Assembly: GCF_006345805.1 (NCBI RefSeq)
Contig: NC_043018.1
Span: 20,336,001 to 20,400,000, forward strand
DNA: 64,000 nucleotides
Direction: 5' to 3'
From: Octopus sinensis
Taxonomy: Eukaryota
The notes beneath the pieces were generated by a model. That model had not been told where the DNA came from and ran no database searches. It saw only the letters and a list, made by a program, of their open reading frames with translations. The position numbers and the translations under genes are program-made. This document shows, one piece after another, positions 14,427 through 28,637 of the stretch. Positions within the stretch are counted from its first letter, which is position 1. Every line of letters starts with the position of its first letter.

Positions 14427-17400
14427 TTGTGTATGTCTGTGGGTGTATGTGTGTATGTGTGTGTGTGTGTACATGTGTGTGTGTGTGTATGTGCATGTGT
14501 GTGTATGTGCATGTGTGTGTATGTGCATGCATGTGTGCTTGTGTATGTGTGTGTCTGTGTGTGTGTATGTGTGTCTGTGTGTGTATGTGCGTGTGTGTAT
14601 GTGCATGTGTGTGTATGTGCGTGTGCATGTGTGTCTGTTTGTGTATGTGTGTGGGTGCGTGTGTGTATGTGTGTGTGTATGTGTGTATGTGCGTGTGTGC
14701 ACGTGTGTGTGTGTGTGTGTACATGTGTGTGTGTGTGTGTGTGTGAGAGGGAGAGTGGGGACATATGTGTGTGAGTTCTTACTCGTTTGATTCATCAGAT
14801 AATTTTGTTTTTTAATCAAGTTTCTTTCTTGCAAGTGTAAATACAACATTTATCAAAATATATGAGGTTTGTACGACGAAACGCATACGCAAACCAACGT
14901 GCAAATGCTGGTTGCACAGTTTTTAAGATTTGAAATATTTGGCAAAGTGCTGACTTTGCACTAATTATGAACACCACATTTTTTTTTTTTAGTCTAAAAT
15001 TTAATCAGTAAAAGGTTTCCTTATTTCTATAATTAGAGCAAGGAGGGAAGGTGAGAGAAAGAAGCAGAGAGGGATGGAGAGAGAGAGAGAGAGAAGGGAG
15101 GTAGGAAGAGAGAAGCATGAGAGAGAGAGAGAAGAAATGAGAAAGAGGGAGAGAAATAGAAAGTGAGATATAGAGAGAAGGAGAGGGGGACAGAGAGAAG
15201 GAGAGAGGGACAGAGAGAGGAGCTGAGAAAAAGAGCAGAGGGAGGTAAGAGCGAGAGAGAGAAAGAGCAGGAGAGAGAGAGAGAAAGAGGGAGAGGAATA
15301 GAAAGTGAGAAACAGAGAGAAGGAAAGAGAGACAGGGAAAGGGGGAGTTGATAAAAAGATAAACAGAAAGGGGGAGAGAAACAAAGAAAGAGGAAGAGAA
15401 ACAGAGGGAGAGAGAGAGGGGGGAAAGAGAAAGAGAGACAGGGAAAGTGAGAAGTAGAGAAAGAGAAACCGAGAAAACCAAAAAAGAAACAGAAAGAGAC
15501 GAGGGAAGAGAGAGGGAGAGGGAGGGAGAGGAAGAGACAGTGAGAAGGAGAGAGGAGAGCAAGAGACAAGGAGAGGGAGAGAGAGAGACAAGGGGAAGGA
15601 GAAGGGAGAGAAAGAGACAAGGGGAAGGAGAGAGAGAGACAAGGAGAAGGAGAGAGAAAAGGAGAGAAAGAGCCAAGGAGAAGGAAAGAGAAAAGGAGAG
15701 AAAGAGCCAAGGAGAAGGACAGAGAAAAGGAGAGAAAGAGACAAGGGGAGAGAGAGAGAGAGTGAATCAATAAATCAATGAAAAAGAAGTTGTTGAGAAG
15801 CCAAACAGAATTTCTCTGAGAAAGACTTTTCTTTCTCTTTGTGTCTTTTGTTTAGAGTTAATTGTTAGAAAATAAACTAACAAATAAAGACGCGGACTAT
15901 TTTGGGCAGGATGGCAAAACTACACGAAAAGAGCATCGAAAATAGAAGAGGACGAACTGAGAGCGAGGTGCCGAGATTGTACAACGGTCGATACAGAGAA
16001 GGCCTTCAAAATACTAATTGCATCCAATTTTAACCCTTCCGTTGCCATATCTCAGTTGAAATATGCTGGGTCCATGGCAATTAATTTCGAAAATAACGAA
16101 GGATTTAGTAAAATAACTTTGGCATTATTATGCTAGTGTTTGGAACTTGAATTTACCGGAAGCTTTGATGAAAGGCTTTAATTTAAATCATCTTAAAACA
16201 GGAAGTCTGTGTCATAGAACCATGAACCATGCTGGTGCCATGCAAAAAGCACCTGTGCTGGTGCCATGCAAAAAGCACCTGTGCTGGTGCCATGCAAAAA
16301 GCACCTGTGCTGGTGCCAAACAGTAAGCACTGGTGCTGGTGCCATGCGGAAAAACACTGGCACTAGTGTCGCACAAAAAGCACACCCATGCTGGTGTCAC
16401 GCAAAAAGAAACCAAACCAAATCAGACTGGAATGTGGTGCAGCTTTCCACCTCTGATCGAAATGTCCAACCCATGCCAGCATGGAAAACGGACATTAAAC
16501 AATAATGATGATGATGATGATGATAATGATGATGATGATAAATCTCATACCAGGAGGCAGTGTCAAGTGAGTTGGTACCAAAAAGGAATAAACCATATTT
16601 CATTCCTTAACCCTTTCGTTACCAAACCGCCCAAAGCTGCCCGAAAAAATTTTGGTTAATGTGACCAAACCACCCAAACCTGCCCGTATTTACCTATTCA
16701 CATTTAAATGAGAATATCAGAGCAAATCTCTTTAGTACGTTCGTGAAAACATGTGATTATACTTCGTAAACAGTTCAACTACAGTTTTGTACAATAATCG
16801 AAGTGTAATTTTAATTCCGTGAATTTTGGGAGATTTTTTTCCGAAATTTGTTCCTATTGTGTTTTCAAAATTTGTAATTCTGACAAAAAATGGATACAAT
16901 TTCATTATATCAAGCAGCGAGTCAGAATTCGAAGGCTTTTCTACTGAAGACCTTCATAAATCTAACTCTATGACTGAAAAAAAAAGCACGAGGTATTTGA
17001 TAATGAATCCGATGTTTCATTTTCCGAAAGTGAAAACAGTGAATCCGAGATCTTCGACAGCGATAAAGAAAATGAATTGGCACCTGAATGGAGTGAAAAT
17101 TTAAAAACTGTTTCTTTCGGTGATTTTTCTGAAGAAACTGGACCAAGCTACAGTCTTTCCCAGGAGAGTAAAGCCTTAGACTATTTCTATTTACTTTTTC
17201 GAATGAGCCTATTTGAAATCATTACGGCAGAAACAAACCTTTACGCTAAATGTAAACAAAGTGAAAGAAAGGATAGTTTGTGGTTTCCCACAACCTTAAA
17301 TGAAATTAAGGACTATTTTGCCATAAATATTATTATGGGTATCAGAAAGTTACCCAGAATAACAAATTCTATAGTAAAATTTTGTTGTATACCCAATTGA

Positions 17401-20176
17401 ATATTAGCTAATAACCCATTTTCTATAGCGATGTTTGAACAAAAATTTTAATAATTTTATATTTTGTTGAATTTACCTGTATCTACCTGCAATTAGAGTC
17501 ACTTTGTGACAAAAATTATAGTATAGAATTGGTTGAGAACATTTCATTAAATTATCTTCCAAAAATCACATTAATATATCGATAAATAAAAATTTATGAT
17601 TATGTTAGAAATTAATTGAAACACATAAGGGGTGTATTTTGGTCAGAAATATAGTAACGAAAGGGTTAAGAAAGAAAAGAAATGAGGGTTTATTGCTCAT
17701 TAAATCTCAACAACTATAAAACCAAAAGAAAAGTTTCACTGATGAAATTCCAACACCCAGGAAACAGCTGTTCTGGATAGTTCCTTTGTGTCTAATCTAG
17801 AGGTTAGCTCCAAACAGTCATTGTTTACAAGACTGAAGTAAGCATGATTGTTTCAAGAACCCTCTGCCAGTTATAGGAAGATATATCACAGTTTAGCTTA
17901 CGGTCCCTTGAGTATCACTCGATGTACATTGGCACAATCAACTGCGTGTCCTCAGTGAAAGATGTTTTGGTAAGCTCTCTTCAATTCCAGCCTGTTTATC
18001 TACAACAAATCCTAAGTTTTACACCTGTTCCATTCCACCCACCACCACTGAACTGGGTGGGGAACATCTTCAAGACGAGAAGAGAAGCTTACTAATACTT
18101 GATGTATGTTGGAAAACATCAACAAACGGAGCGACCTTCTTCTTAATAGCTGTTATTGTTTGTACTACTCATTATCAACCGTTAGTAAACATCGGCGTGG
18201 TACTGCTCTGCATGTGTCATGACACACAGACAGACAGTTTTGTATATTTCTAGTTCTATTATATTTTTTTCCTATCTTCGTTTGTTAATCCATAAATAGG
18301 ATTTATTATATTTGGTTTTTAACGAGAAATTTGAGCCAATTTGCCACGTTTAGCAGCTGTAGATTTTCCTCTTACCTTTTTTTTCTTTGTGAAATGAAAA
18401 ATACCTGTGAAAGTATATTTCAGAGATGAAACAAGAGACAGCTATGTTATTTTGTTTACTAACAGGGTTAGCTGCATTGAGTAGAATGATTCACAATAGT
18501 TTAGTGGAGATGTTTTTGGTAGAAGACCAAAATACACATTAGCAGTTAAGAAAGGGTTGGTTGATTACATGTCATACAAAAATGATAATAATAACAATGG
18601 TTTCAAATTTTAGCACAAGGCCAGCAATTTCGGGAGAGGTGGGGGGGGGGCAGTCAATTAAATTTACCCCAATGCTCAACTGGTACTTCTTTTATTGACC
18701 CTGAGGGTATGAAAGGTAACGTTAACCTTGGCAGAATTTGAACTCAGAACATAGACGAAAGGCTACTAAGCATTTTGCCCAGCATGCTAACGACTCTGCC
18801 ATCATACCGCCTTAACAATAATAACAATAGCCCTTTCTACTAAAGGCACAAGGCCTTGAAATTTTGGGGTGGGGACTAGTTGATTACATCGATCCCAGTG
18901 TTTCACTGGTACTTAATTTATCGACCCCGAAAGGATGAAAGGCAAAGTCGACCTCGGTGGAATGTGAACTCAGAACGTAGCAGCAGATGAAATACCGCTA
19001 AACATTTCGCCCGGCATGCTAACGATTCTGCCACCTCGCTGCCTTAACGATGCTCTGTGTTTCTTTCAATTAATTTTAAATATAATAAAGGATAAGTAGG
19101 TGTCATGTATCATGTTGGTCTTTCGTTGATTCTAACCAGAAAGTTGTGACCTTGCTGTGGAAGCACCAAAATAAGATGCTTTACAGTACACAGATTTCCC
19201 AGACAGTCACCGCTTTATATATTAACCATGTTTGATGTTGCTTAACTTTGGTGATCAGATGACAATCAGTGCTGCCAGTGTAATATGATGTATGCTAAAT
19301 AATGTATAGCATGCTACATTATGTACCAATGGTGTAATATAAAGTATGATATGATAAAGGCAAATATATATATACTAGCAGTATCGCCCGCCGTTGCTCG
19401 GGTTTGTAAGGGAAATAACTATAAAGCATTTTTAGAGAGTTATAGCCAAAAAATGGCAAAAAAATGGAAAAAAAATTATGGTAAATTTTTTTTGAGAGTT
19501 AAAAAGGTCGAGTTGCGTCCCCTAGACAGTCTGTGGTTTGTGTTTCTGATTCTCGACCCCCATGTCGAATTTATCGATTTTTTTCAGAACTGGGGGGACT
19601 GTCCAAAATTTTCGCTGCGTTAGTTTTGAATTATGACATTGGGCTATGTGTGTGTGTGTCAAGTTTCATCAGAATCGGTTGAAAGCCGTGGTCAGGGTGA
19701 GGGTACAACCTAACAGACACACAGACAAACTGCCATTTATATAGAGAGAGATATATGTGAAGCATGGAGAAAATGTAATGCAAAGTTTTGGAAAAAGAAA
19801 AAGAACTTACATCATTGCTCCATCCCCAAGACTTTCCGCCAGAGCTCTACGTAAAGAATTATCAACATCAAAGACTCCCCAAGTCGCTTGTAGGACAGAG
19901 TCCAGAAGGCAGTCTCCAGCTGTGCGATTCCATAAGGCGTGCAAGCGGCTACTTAATCTTTCGGTGAGTTCCAAACTCCAGTTTATAATGGATTCTTCTA
20001 CCTCCAATTCTGAAAGGAAGGAAGAAAGAAAGAAAGAGAAATGTTGTAGAATTCTTCAATCTCCAATTATGAATGAATAAATGAAAGAATGAAAGAGAGA
20101 GAGAGACAGACAGACAGAGACAGAGAGAGAGAGAGAGAGGATGGAAGAAAGAAAGAAGGAAAGAAAGAAAGAGAAA

Positions 20177-20208
<32 letters not shown>

Positions 20209-23200
20209 AAAAGAAAGAAAGAAAGAAAGAAAGGAAGAAGGAAGGAAGGAAGGAAGAAAGAAAGAAAGAAAGGGAGGGGGAGGAAGGAAGGAAGAAAGAA
20301 AGAAGAAAGAAAGGGAGGGGGAGGAAGGAAGGAAGAAAGAAAGAAAGAAAGGAGGGGGAGGAAGGAAGGAAGAAAGAAGGGAAGAAAGGAAGAAAGAAAG
20401 AAAGAAAGAAAGGAACAAAGAAAGAAAGAACGAAAGAAAGAAAGGAAAGAAGGAAGGTAGGAAGAAAGAAAGAAAGAAAGAAAAGAGGAAGAACGAAAGG
20501 AAGAAACGAAAGAAGGAAGGAAGGAAGGAAGAAGGGAAGAAAGGAAGAAAGAAAGAAAGAAAGAAAGAAAGAGAAAATTTAAACCATCCATTATTATATA
20601 TTCAGTATCATTCAATATACATTTTCCCATGCTTGCATGGGTCAGACCGAGTTTACTGAGGCAGTTTTTCTATGGCTGGATGCCCTTCCTGTCACCAACC
20701 TTCACCTGTTTCTGTGTAAGTTAATATTGCCCCCCCCCCATGGCCAAACATGTTTTCTACAGACAGATGGAAATGAACAGCTTCACTTGTATGATGATGA
20801 TGATGATGATCATCATCATCATCATTAACAAAACATCATGCGACGCCAAGACAATGATACACATAAACATACACACACGTAAAAATGTATGTGTGTGTGT
20901 GTACCCTCACCATCATTATTTGACATCTGTTTCCCATGTTGGCATGGGTTGGACAGTTTGACAGGAGCTGGACTAGGCTCCAATTGTCTGTTTTGGCATG
21001 GCTTCTAAAGCTGGATGCCCTTCCTAAATGCCAACCACTTTACAGAGTGTACTGGGCGCTTTTTCATGTGGCACTAACACAAGTGCTTTTTACATGCCAC
21101 TGGCACACGGGCTTTTTATGTGGCACCAGCATATTACATATGCAGTGGGCTTCTTTCAGTTTCTGCCTACCAAAACCACTCACATGGCTTTGGTCGGCCC
21201 AAGGCTAGAGCAGAAGGCACTTGCCCAAGATGACATGCAGTGGGACTGAACCTGAGACTGCATAGTTGGGAAGCAAGCTTCTTCACCACACATCCATGCC
21301 TGCACTTACATTATATTATATCATATTATATATCTTGAAATAATATCTCAGAAAGTTAGAAAAAGAAAATACAAAACACACAAAGCTTTTAACTGAATTA
21401 TAAAGAATTAACCATCCATTACACAAATAACTTAATGACTGTTCAATACGAAGAATTGATGAGATATCTGATAAGGATTATGAAAATAGAATACTTCAAG
21501 AATGGCCACATCTTGTTTACACAATAAAACCAGAGAAATATGGTCAATCAATTTTTATCGTTCATCAATAGATTTTTCTAAGCAGAGAGATGGATGAGTT
21601 AGTAGTGTACTAATGTTAATGACCTTACAGAACTTAGTTCCATTATTCCCAGTTCAAATCAAAAAATCAAAAATCAAAATCGATCAACATGAATGGAAAT
21701 TGTAGCTGTGATACCAGTGCTGGTGGCACATAAGAGAACCATCCGAACGTGGCCGTTGCCAGTGCCGCCCTGACTGGCTTCCGAGCCGGTGGCACGTAAA
21801 AAGCACCATCCGATCGTGGCCGTTGCCCCAGCCTCACCTGGCCTCCGTGCCGGTGGCACGTAAAAAGCACCATCCAATCATGGCCGTTGCCCCAGCCTCA
21901 CCTGGCCTCCGTGCCGGTGGCACGTAAAAAGCACCATCCGATCGTGGCCGTTGCCAGCCTCGCCTGGCCTCCGTGCCGGTGGCACGTAAAAAGCACCATC
22001 CGATCGTGGCCGTTTGCCAGCCTCGTCTGGCACCTGTGTCGGTGGCACGTAAAAAGCATCCACTACACTCATGGAATGGTTGGCGTTAGGAAGGGTATCC
22101 AGCCGTAGAAACATTGCCAGATCAGACTGGGCCTGGTGCAGCCTTCTGGCTTCCCAGACCCCAGTTGCACCATATCCAACCCATGCCAGCATGGAAAGCG
22201 GATGCTAAACGATGATGATGATGATGATGATGAAATCCTATGAGTTTCAGTGTCCCTACTGTTAAACATATTGGACAAATCAGACTTACTAACTCCATCT
22301 TATGTCCAGCTTAGAGTAAATCAGTATATTGTTACTAATAACTTAGGTCTGTTGTTAAGCCTGCAGGTTCACTCGGTCAGTGATTATAGCAGTTTCCATG
22401 GAATATAAGCAACCAAGAGAATAACAATCTGTTCACACACACACGATTACAGAATAAGTCCACCACCATCAATTCACTGTGATGTAAATTCACCACAAGG
22501 AAAGTTTACTGAGAAAATAATATATTTTAATGTGTATAAGGAACACTCATATATAAGGAAACTCCTAATTTTGGGTGGGGGCTTAAAATTTAAAAAGAAG
22601 GATTTGTAAGGGATTATAATGCAATCCATGTATAAGAAATTCCCATATTTTTTTAACCTAATTTTTGATGAAAAAAGGGTTCCTTACACACATTAAAATA
22701 TGCAGAGGAATGAGAAGTTGTTAGGTAAAAAGGGTGCACTGATTTGGAAAGAAAGTTACTCAAAGTTAAAGAGAAGAAAATTACAAACCCTTAACGAGGT
22801 TATCAACAATAAGGTAAAAGTTAAGAAACTTTGACCCCAGATATCTTTAATTTCTTTTCTTTTTTTTTTTTTTACTCATTTCAGTCATTGGACTGTGGCC
22901 ATGCCGGAGCCACTACCTTGAAGGAATTTAGTTGACCACATCAACTACCGTACAGTAAGTCTGGTGCTTATTCTATCAGTCTCTTTTGCCAAACCACTAA
23001 GTTACAGGGATATAAACTAACCAACACCAGTTGTCAAGCAGTGGTGTAGGACAAACACAAATACAAAGGCACACACATGTAGCTACACACACACACATGT
23101 ATATACACAATGGGCTTCTTTCAGTTTCTATCAACCAAATCCATACACAAGGCTTAGACTGGCCTGAGTCTACAGTAGAAGATACGTGCCACACAGTGGG

Positions 23201-24229
23201 ATTGAACCCAAGATCACACAGTTGAGAAGTAAACCTCTTAAGCACACAGCTATGCCTGTGCCTTTATGTTGATCTAACATGGGTTCTCAACCATTTTTTA
23301 TCTACAGACTCCTTAGACTACTATACACACAGATATACGATGGGTCTCTTCCAGTTTCCATCGATCAGTTCCACTAACACAAGTTTGGCTGGTGCAAGGC
23401 GATATTAGAAAATACCTGCCCATAGTACCATACAGTGAAATGGTACCATACAGTGAAATGGTACCATACAGTGAAATAGAACCGAAAACTATTAGTCTTG
23501 GAAGCAAACATTTTAACCACAAACACACGCCTGTGCCTAAGAAGAAATTCATACACAGCGTCCAGATGTTTGGTACCATATAAAAACAGGTTTTGTCTCC
23601 CCCACCAAAACCGAAATTACTAAAAATGTAACAGTGCTATAATTACTGTCAGTGTATCGTTAACATCATGTTAATTAAATCGGACATCTGTATGCATTGA
23701 GGGAAGCAAAAATCCTAATTGACTCCAACTATCAGATTAACTGTCAAAGTCCAATTCCTTGATTGTCACTAATACATTACTACATTTAAGATATAACTCT
23801 GTGGTCTTGTGTTATAATAATAATAATAATGACAATAATAATAATGATAATAATAATAATGATAATAATAATAATGATAATAATAATGACACTAATAATG
23901 ATAATAATAATCCCTCTCTCTCTTTCGGAGAGGCACTGAGCACCTACACGCACATATGCACACACGGCAGTAACTTCCACCTACCGAATTCAATCACAAA
24001 GCTTCGGTCTGCTCGGGGCTATAGCGGAAGACACCTACCCAAAGTGCCACGCAGTGGGACTGAACCCGAAACCATGTAGCTAGGAAGCAAGCTCCCTAAC
24101 CACACAGCCATGCCCGATAATAATAACAACAACAATAATAATAATGATAATAATATTGATACTGATGATGATGATAATAATAATGATGATGATGATGATA
24201 ATAATACTGATGATGATGTTGATGATGAT

Positions 24230-24265
<36 letters not shown>

Positions 24266-27200
24266 CCCTAAGTGTTGGGAAGACACTCAGCAAGAAATGG
24301 AAACAAAATTGAAGGAAGATAAAGATAATAATAATAATAACAAGAGCACTCAGAGAGCGCCAACCTCTGCCATGACAACACCAATGTCCACTTAACGATC
24401 AGCCGGAGATGAATTTTAAAATAAGAATGTCTGAAATAAAACTTGACTGTTCTCACAAACAAGAATACTAAAAATGAACCCGACCGCTCTCAAAAATTAA
24501 GTAAAAAAAAACAGGAAAAATAATCTAGAATCCTTGTCTGGTACCGGATTGATCTCAAAATCTAATCAGTTTGTGCCAGTCACGAGGCCAAACATCCCTG
24601 GAAGTTTCATCCAAATCCATCCAGCTGTTCTTGAGACATCTTGTCCACAGACAAACTAACAAACAAACAAACAAATATGACTGAAAACAATACCTCTGCC
24701 TTCGTTAAGGCAGAGGTAATAATAATATTGATTTTAAATATTGGCACAAGGCCAGCAATTTCAGGGGAGGTGGTAAGTCAGTTAAATCAACCCCAGTGCT
24801 GAGCTAGTACTTATTTTATTGACCCCGAGAGGACAAAGTCAAAGTTGACCCCCGGTGGAATTTGAACTCGGAATGTGAAGACGGACAATAATTTCTACAA
24901 TGGACACAAGGCCTGAAATTTTGTGGTGGTGGTGGTGGTGGGTGGGTGGTGGTCAGTCAGTTGCATCGATCCCACTGCTCGGCTGGTACTTATTCTATTG
25001 ACCCCCCAAAAAAGGATGAAAGGCAAAGTCGACCACGGCGGAATTTGAACCCAGAATGTAAAACCAGGAAAAAATGCCACTAAGCATTTTGTCTGATGTG
25101 CTAACAATTCTGCCAGCTCACCACCTTATATAACAATAACAACAACAACAACAACATTCTTCAAAATAGCATCATGGCTGCCATTCCTAGATCTCTCTCC
25201 GTTTTTACATTCCAGCTTCGGCTATTTATAGTCTTGCTATTGAAAGAAATCCAAGATAGCCTGATAACACATGAACATTCAGAGGCGACATAATAAACAT
25301 CAATATCTTCTCATTCCACAATAATTCAATACTTATTCAAATAGAATATGGATCACATGGCTCCGAGGAAATATCTCTCGGTTTCTAAGCCACGTTTGGT
25401 TCATGTATACGACGACAAAACTACGCATGCTGTTTATTCAATGGTTACTGGCTATTGGGGTTTTCTTGAATGTTGTGGGGGCACCCCTACACTATCTTAG
25501 TAATGTAAGGGCCAACCTTGATGGAATTTTGCCAAACAGGGGAAATTAAATAAAGGGATTCAGTAAATCAGTCTTTGTGTTCATTACACTTTTTTTTTCC
25601 ATGGAGATACTTAAAAGACTAGTTTATGGTACAAAACTATCAACAATCAAGAAAGTAAGGATGGCCACTGAATGGAATGAACCATTTCCTGATGTTTGCA
25701 ATCCCACTGCTTCATGTTAGATGTTTTGCAAACAACTTGCACATGCAAGTGCTACCAGTTAAAAGCTCCGTATATCGGAAGCTAGCAAGTGTATGGGGTC
25801 ATCAGGAGAGAATGCGCACCGTTTTGGGGCCTACCTCTCGACGGCATCAATGTGCACCGGCCCTCCCCCTTACTGATATGAGGCCCCGCTTGCTAGATCA
25901 CCTGGTTATGAAGAACTCAATATACTTCTAGCCATCGCTCATCGTCTCTTTTTAACCAAATCCAGTGGCTAGCCTTCTCCACTGTAGATTGGATATCAGT
26001 CATGGTGGTATTGACTTTACTATGAGTTAGGCCTAACGATAACAACAGTCGTCTCACGCTGTGTCCTACAAACCCTCTACGTCCGACTTCGATAGGAAAT
26101 TGTTCCGCTTTCCAGCCTGCGTTTTCACATTCCTCGAGGAGGTTTTCATAACGGTTTAATTTTATTAGCAGTGCTTCAACCAGAATGGTCATTAGTTTTA
26201 AAATAGGTATTTATAAAAAAAAAGAAAAAAAATTCAATTCTGCTCATAGATTCTATTAAATTTTGAAAAAGGAGATGTCTTTTAATGAAAACTGACTTTA
26301 TAATCCTGCAATCTGTACACACACCTTTTGCGACCCCTTGTATGTATATATATATATATATCATAACATCATTTAATGTCCTCCTTCCATGCTGGCATGG
26401 GTTAGACTGTACGTGTGTGTGTGTATTTTTTAGGATGTTGAATAAAAGCATAATTAACTGATCCCTCCTGTATTTTCTCAGCACACCATCGTATATATAT
26501 ATACACACACACATAATATATATGTATATATAGTGAGAATTAAAAAAAAAGATGAAGACGGATGTGTAAACAACAAACAGATGTATTAGTTTAATGCTCG
26601 GGAAGTGAGAAAGTCTTTTACGTTTTGAGCCTATGCTCTTCGACAGAAAGGAACACACATATATGTATGTGTGTGTATACACACACACACACACATTGTT
26701 ATCTGGAATAAAGCTACTTCACTCAGTCTTACTTCGCTGCTCAGTTGAGGGGGTCTTGTCTTGTGAGTTATTTGGTAACCTCACCATTGCCAGTATTATG
26801 TAAAAAGCTCCACCCAGTACACACAGTAAAGTGGTTGGATGTTAGGAAGGGCATCCAGCCATAGAAACCATGCCAAACCAGACAAGTGGAGCCTGGCACA
26901 ATCCTCTGGCTCACCAACACCAGCTGAACCATTCAGCCCATGCAAGCATTGAAATAATGATGATATATAAACACACACACACACACACACATAATGGGCT
27001 TCTATCAGTTTCCATCTACTAAGAAGACATTCAATGATGATCAATAAATAATTCCAACAATTAGCAACTACCAAAACTATTTGCAATGCAGCAGCAGACA
27101 TCTGTGACGGATTATTAGATCTCTTCTCGGAACCAATGCCTCTTTCATCTGTTGAACAATCAAACAGCAGAGGAAGACCATTGACCATTGCTGACCACAA

Positions 27201-28599
27201 CTAACCAATTGTTGAAAGATTCCAAACAGTAAATAAAGACAGTATTCTAGCGTAGTGGAACTTGGAAATTTAACAAAACAGAATGGTTTCAAACAAAGTG
27301 GTGGAGGACAGCCAAAGAATTGATTTGGAATTGGTAATGATACATGGAATGCTGCTGATGTATTCTTTGAATGGATAATGGAATGTAATGTTTGAATAGA
27401 ATGGTTTGTGATAGACAGGGTGTCCATTGGTAGAAGCCAGGCCAAAGCTCCAGGCTTTATGAACAGTGTCTCCCAGTGAGAAGTTACTCAGGCTGTGTAG
27501 TGGAGAGCAGACATAAAAACAATGTTGGTGATGCTAATTAAGTAAGTTTTATAATTTAGCCATTTTGTTGCCATATGTTGGCGTTAGGAAGGGCATCCAG
27601 CTGTAGAAACGTTGCCAGATAAGACCGGAGCCTGGTGCAGCCTTCTGGCTTCCCAGATCCCCGTTCGAACCGTCCAACCCATGCTAGCATGGAGAACGGA
27701 CGTTAAACGATGATGATGATGATTTCTATTGAAAAGTGCTTTGTTTAATTACTTTTGGAAATAATAGAAATTTAGTAAAACAATTTTGTTGTTATTTAAT
27801 CTGGTGTTTGGGTCATATGAAATTTTAATAGAAGATTTTAATTTACATCCCTTTAAAATAGGAAGTGCCCCAGCATGGCCACAGCCCGTGAGCTGAAACT
27901 AGATGAAAAAAAAAGGGAAAAAAAAAATCATATGACCAAGGGGCAGGCTCAGGCAGTTTGGTCAAAAAGGGTTAATACACTAAAAAAAAAATTCTTAAGT
28001 TACTTTTGATGACATTGACTATTCCAGTCATTTGATCAACTGAACTAACCAACTCTTTGCCTTTTCAATTACAGGTGGAAACCATTTGACAGTCTACCAC
28101 AGTGTTTCCATCCACCCAATTCACCCACAAGACCTGAAACCAAGGTAAAAGTCACTTGCCAAAAGTGGTGCACCCCGAGATTGAACCCAGAATCTTATAT
28201 TGTGGAGAAAATTTCTTAATCACTATGCTACGTCTACTTCCAAATACACACGCACCATGATGCATACTAGCTCAATATTTATATATACTCAGTATATATT
28301 ATAAAGTATATAGTTTGCTGAAACTGCATGTCTACCTGGTAATTCAAGTTTCATGTCTTTGCAATCTTCAGGCAAGAACTGTTCTCATTTGAACATCTCA
28401 GAGCCTTAAAACTCAAGCTGTGAGCTCTCCTACAAGTTTTGCATCTTCTCTACAGCAAGACACTTGTTCCTGTCTCTCAACTTTAGCCTCTCAACATCTC
28501 ACATAAAGCCACCCACCTTTTTCACTGACCTCACTTCACGATTTTTTTTCTTTACTTTTCCTTTGCTTTGTGAGTAACTTGGGGACCTCACTAGTGCTG

Positions 28600-28637
<38 letters not shown>

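Noticed and set aside
15910-16035. CpG-rich 40-codon plus-strand ORF ([14 protein letters not shown]...)
   Set aside because: Too short, no recognisable similarity, and no splice or promoter support.
27000-27480. Complex-sequence island with 122-134-aa ORFs
   Set aside because: Overlapping ORFs on the same strand, stops in the most protein-like frame, and no recognisable domain.
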